Origin: Mayamaea pseudoterrestris
Lineage: Eukaryota
Length of the DNA: 64,000 bases
Assembly (NCBI GenBank): GCA_027923505.1
Contig: BROI01000019.1
Location: 496,001 to 560,000 of the forward strand
Reading direction: 5' to 3'
In this document: positions 59,684 through 64,000 of the stretch, piece by piece
Numbering within the stretch: the stretch's first letter is position 1
Layout of the letters: every line of letters starts with the position of its first letter
Notes under the pieces: model-generated
Seen by the model: the letters and a program-made list of their open reading frames with translations, nothing else
Database searches by the model: none
What the model was told of the DNA's origin: nothing
Made by a program: the position numbers and the translations under genes

Positions 59684-59953
59684 TGCTGAGAATCGGTGAT
59701 TAAACAGGTGATCCTCAGTACTATGGCCTACATCCCAGGGCATTGGTAAAGATGCGGGATCGACTGGCTGCGTTGCAATGAACAGGACAGTTAGCTATAG
59801 AGACTCGGAGACACTCTTGGAGAGGTCAAGATTCCAAGAGTTACGGCGGTCGCTTAGGATAGAATAAGCTCACTCTTTTATAGCGGATCTTTTGCAAGCG
59901 AATAGGAGAGGTTTATATCGTAAATTACAAGTACATTTGGAGCAATCTCAGCA
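59684..59953 (+). repeat. 3' LTR (270 bp)
   Basis: Direct repeat of 54945-55214, preceded by the PPT. Confidence 0.97.
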
Positions 59954-61292
59954 AGGGACGAAAGTTTCGAATGCGAAAAGTCGTTTGAAGGCTCATTTGG
60001 AAGGCGAAAAGTAAGAGTCATTAGCCTCGTGCTGCTCATGATGAGCATGGTTGCTGTGACTGCCGTTTTGGTCGCAGTCGCCATTGGCATGCTGCGTCAA
60101 GGGCAAGGCAGCAGCGAGTCAGCAAGCACCACAGACATGGCGAACCGACAATCATATGCAACGGAGGCGCCATCGCCAAGTTCGACTACTTCTGTTCCGT
60201 CGTTGCGCTCGGCCCCTTACAAAGCCAACGTTGACAAAGATCCTCTACCAGCAAATGACGACGATGCCATTATGACTACTGAAGCACCACATGCACAATC
60301 TACTCAAGATCCAAGTGCAAGGGCGCCATGTAAATTTACAAGCAGCACACCTCCACCACCTCCGTTTCCAGGCAAGAAAGGCATTGGGATGCGATTGGAC
60401 GGCCAAGTCATGCTTGAAAACTTGCGTAAAGTTGTTCAGCTGCATCCTTACTGGAACTGCTCGTGGGATCTTCAGCGCGTCAAAGGTCAGCCCAATGACA
60501 TTGAGTTTGTTCCCATGATATGGGGAAACGCTAGAACGCAGTCTGAACTCGCGTCTGAATTGCAGATGATTGTTGATTCCGGAACAGCAAAGCGGATCTT
60601 GGCGTTCAATGAGCCTGATCGCAAGAAGCAAGCAAACATGCCGGTTTGGAAGGCGATGCAAACTTGGCCAACCATTAGTTCCACGAATCTTCCAATCATT
60701 GGTCCTTCCTGCTCACAACCCACTGGAAAGTGGATGCAAAAGTTTTACGATAAAGTAAAGACCAAATGCCTGCGTATTGATTACGTCGGAATCCATTGGT
60801 ATGGGAATGCGAATGCTGCTCAATTCAAGCAGCACATGGCGGACATTTACGCCATTTATCAACAACCTTTGGTCATTACCGAGTTTGCGCCTGCGGATTG
60901 GAGTGCAACGACAGTCCAAAACAATCAGTTTTCAGCAGCCGACGTACTCAACTTTGCCAAGGAAGTAATGCCGTGGTTGGAGGAGACGGAATGGGTAGCC
61001 GCGTACGCTTGGTTTCCTTTCAACATTGACGATGGTGTTGGTACGAGTTCAGCCCTCTTTGACAATGCAGGTGACATGACGGTGCTCGGTCGTTTCTATG
61101 CATCAGTGTCGACAGAGTACCCAAGTGGCGACCAGTGGATACAGTCGGATTAACTTCCTTTTCCGTCTCTTGTAATTCTTTATACTCGTATATATTAATG
61201 TTTCTTTACATAATACAAATGATTTTACGGTAAACACTGCTTCGGCTTGTCTTTATTTGAGTATGGAACAAGAACCACCAAGCAGCATTAGC

Positions 61293-62616
61293 TTACTGCT
61301 CAACATGCACCCCTCCTTCCTCATTATTAATCTCATGCTGCTCCCCGCTCCCTTGCTGATGTTCCTCTTCCTGATTCTCTTCCTCAATAATGCGCTTCAT
61401 GTATCGAATACCAACAAAGTGCTCCATCCGATGATATTCCCCCGGTTTGACGGCAGATCTCCGCATACGCTCGACAGCTTCGACGCCGTCAATGACCTTG
61501 GCGAAACACGGATCCGCTTCACCAGGATCGTTGTAAGCTGATTGACCGCCAGGTCCATGAATGACGGAATTGTCCCTGAAATAATGCAAGTAAAAAGTGA
61601 GTCATTTTTCGTTACTCATGATGGGCCGTGACACACTTGCCAATTAACACGTACCTCACGGATATATAAAAGTCTGGTCCACCGGGTCGTCCAGCATATC
61701 CAAGTGTATATTGCGTATGCGGAAAGTTGGGACTATACTCCTGAAACAAGACACTGCTAAAGCCACTCTGCCGAAAGTTTTGGGCCAGATGCGCGTCGGG
61801 CGGAGTGCTAAAATACGAGACTGGCCCCGCCTGAATCACGTGGTGCGCGTTGCGATGAAAGGATGCGCCATTGTAGAGGCCACGCTCGACTTGCTCCAAG
61901 AACCAGTAGACGGAATGTGGCATGTCTGCTTCGGGTGCCATTTCAATGACAATGCGGTCGCCGCCCAAAGCGTCGTGAGCAATATTGGAGTGCGGATCAA
62001 ACTCCAACTTTATTTCAACTCGATGCGGACCTGGTCCAAACCTTGCCATGAGTTGCTTCATTGAGTATTGCTGTATCGAGTCATGCGTAGTGTGCTTTTG
62101 CTGCACCAGCTGCTTTATTTTGGCGTCCAACTGTTGCACTTGCTCTCGCTCGCCTTCCGTTCGTTCCAAGTTTCTGGCCTGCTGCTCGGCAAGCTGCAGC
62201 TCTCGCGTCAATTTCAGATTCTCTTGCTCAAAGGTCGCTACTCGTTGTTGTAGCTTGCTCATGGCAGCATTCTCATGGTTCGTCTCATGTTTCATTCGAT
62301 CCCTTGACTCGGGCGAGTGAATCAACACGTAACCCATCGCCGCGACGGCAATCAAGAGTAATCCAGCCACAACCTTGTAGAAGGTCGACGTTCCTTCACT
62401 ATTGGGACTGTACGATCGATGGCGGGCACTCAAGCTGAAGCTCCGTTGCACGCCGGGTCGCTTGTGTCCGGAAACGTTGCTCAGTGGACTCGTCGCCGCG
62501 TCGCCCGCTAGTGGCAGCAGCATGGACGAGTCGCTCGAGGCGGATCGAGCCATGCCAATGCCTCGCATGCCGCGGTGCTTGAGGTCGCTCATGTCCATCA
62601 TGGTGGTGAATGTCAT
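61293..62616 (-). CDS. Type II membrane protein with coiled coil and divergent cyclophilin-like domain; exons 62616-61655, 61575-61293
   Basis: PHSVYWFL, YNGASFHR, VIQAG, FQEYS..FPH..YTLG.AGRPGGPDFYIS|RDN..HGPG, CFAKVIDG; start uncertain. Confidence 0.8.
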
Positions 62617-62951
62617 ATGCTGCTGGATAAAATGATTTTGGAAGATGTAAAGCAGTGTGTGTATGGCTTGTGTGCATGTATAATGCCTGTCAAAATAGTG
62701 TGAAGCATGCAAGGAAAGAAGGTGGTCGGTCGCGATTTGCTTCGCAAAGAGGGCGCAGGTAGCCAAGAATGTCATGGTCATGCAGTCATTTGCGAAAGGT
62801 CATCCATGCCTTTCCATGTGAGTATCGCTACGATGTGTGTGCGTCGGACGGACGACACCAGCAACCACCCAAGATCGGATCTGCTTTTGACCATGACGGC
62901 AAGTCTTCCTTGAAACGGACAATCAGCTTGACCAAAGGTGCATTTGGAACC

Positions 62952-64000
62952 ATGCTGGTCCTTTTTGAAACTCCCGTGGGATACTCCTTGTTCAAGGTTA
63001 GTCGCCAATTCAAATGTCAAAGCATTACTCCTCGGCTAGTTTCATTTGTTCTTTCGATTACAGTAACTCATCAATTCGATGTTCTTTCACCTTTAGGTTT
63101 CAAACGAGAAGAAACTATTGAAAACTGATGCTGCCGACATTTATGACACATTCTTCAAAGACTCGGAGGCTGCGCAAAAGACGCTAGAAATGGTAAGCTT
63201 TCAGCCATTTCAGGACACTGCCGACGCCGTCTCGGCTGCCACTGCCATGATGGAAGGCTCCGTGAGCGCCAGCCTCAAGAGCTTTCTAAAGAAGAAACTA
63301 AAGAAGGCGAGTGCACCGGAAATGCTGGCCGTGGCGGAACCGACGCTTGGAGCATCCATCAAGGATACTGGACTGCCGAATCTATCCAAGATTGCTCACG
63401 ACGATCGCATCAAGGAAGTCTTTCGGGGAATTCGTTGCTACATGGATGAGTTGCTTGGCGACGAGGATGCGCCCCAGCATGTTTCGCCGGCTGACGTTCG
63501 CGCCATGCAGCTTGGTTTGTCGCATTCGCTGGGACGGTACAAGCTCAAGTTTAGTGCCGACAAGGTTGATACAATGGTCATTCAAGCTGTTGGTTTGCTC
63601 GACGAGCTCGACAAGGAAATTAATACATATGCCATGCGCGTCAAGGAATGGTATGGATGGCACTTTCCCGAGTTGCAGGCGCTGGCTGGGGACAATGTCA
63701 AATACAGCAAATTGGTGCTGTTGTGCGGCATGCGCGAAAAGTTCAAGGAGTCTGATTTGAGCAGCATTTTGGAGGATGAAGCACAAGAAGCGACAATCAA
63801 GGATGCAGCGGAAATTTCCATGGGTACCGAAATTGCCATGCTGGATCAAATCAACATTCAGGCATTGGCCGATCAAGTTTTAAGCATGACCGAATATAGA
63901 GCACAACTTTACGAGTACTTGCGGAACCGAATGAATGCGATTGCTCCAAACTTGACAATTCTCGTCGGCGAGCTAGTGGGAGCGCGACTGATTGCGCATG
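62952..64000 (+). CDS. NOP58: Nucleolar protein 58 (box C/D snoRNP), 3'-partial; exons 62952-62996, 63097->64000
   Basis: MLVLFETP.GY.LFK; GLSHSLGRYKLKFSADKVDTMVIQAVGLLDELDKEINTYAMRVKEWYGWHFPEL, SMGTEI, IAPNL; YKLKFS.DKVD favours NOP58 over NOP56. Confidence 0.95.

Larger units (their letters stand above)
54945..59953 (+). mobile_element. Full-length Ty1/copia LTR retrotransposon (5009 bp)
   Basis: Identical LTRs, TSD AGGGA (54940-54944 and 59954-59958), PPT AGAGGAGAG at 59675-59683, gag-PR-IN-RT-RH order. Confidence 0.97.
54793..61153 (+). pseudogene. GH128 beta-1,3-glucanase gene interrupted by a copia insertion; coding parts 54793-54944 and 59959-61153
   Basis: EFVPMIWG, FNEPD, HWY, ITEFA, YAWF motifs; deleting the element plus one TSD copy restores a 448-aa ORF with a TM anchor. 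Confidence 0.85.

Noticed and set aside
62997..63096. Intronic snoRNA in NOP58
   Set aside because: No C/D or H/ACA box arrangement visible
63190..63215. Second NOP58 intron at ATG-GTAAGC
   Set aside because: The reading frame runs through unspliced and stays NOP58-like; the nearby AGs would give implausibly short introns

Overview
Gene-dense eukaryotic DNA with short GT-AG introns, almost certainly a diatom. The evidence is CoDi-type copia elements, bipartite plastid presequences, DUF6824 and HA-repeat proteins, and RXL-motif membrane proteins; the species cannot be determined from the sequence. The window holds about 33 protein genes, one tRNA-Pro(AGG) and two Ty1/copia LTR retrotransposons. 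The first element is the 3' part of an intact, chromodomain-bearing element (1-3577). The second is complete (54945-59953), with identical 270-bp LTRs and an AGGGA target-site duplication, and it has inserted into the coding sequence of a GH128 beta-1,3-glucanase. Housekeeping genes include succinyl-CoA ligase beta, 6-phosphogluconate dehydrogenase, NOP58, a VMA21-like gene, a Mis12-like gene and a COA5/PET191 gene that the ORF track misses. The most novel-looking items are a head-to-head pair of 35/36-aa tandem-repeat proteins, a head-to-head pair of (L/I)RGG membrane paralogs, a convergent pair of RXL/mucin-like type I membrane proteins, a PhyH-DUF6824-Tudor fusion, and a CpG-depleted zone beside the first LTR. 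All family assignments come from motif recognition by eye; no database searches were run.
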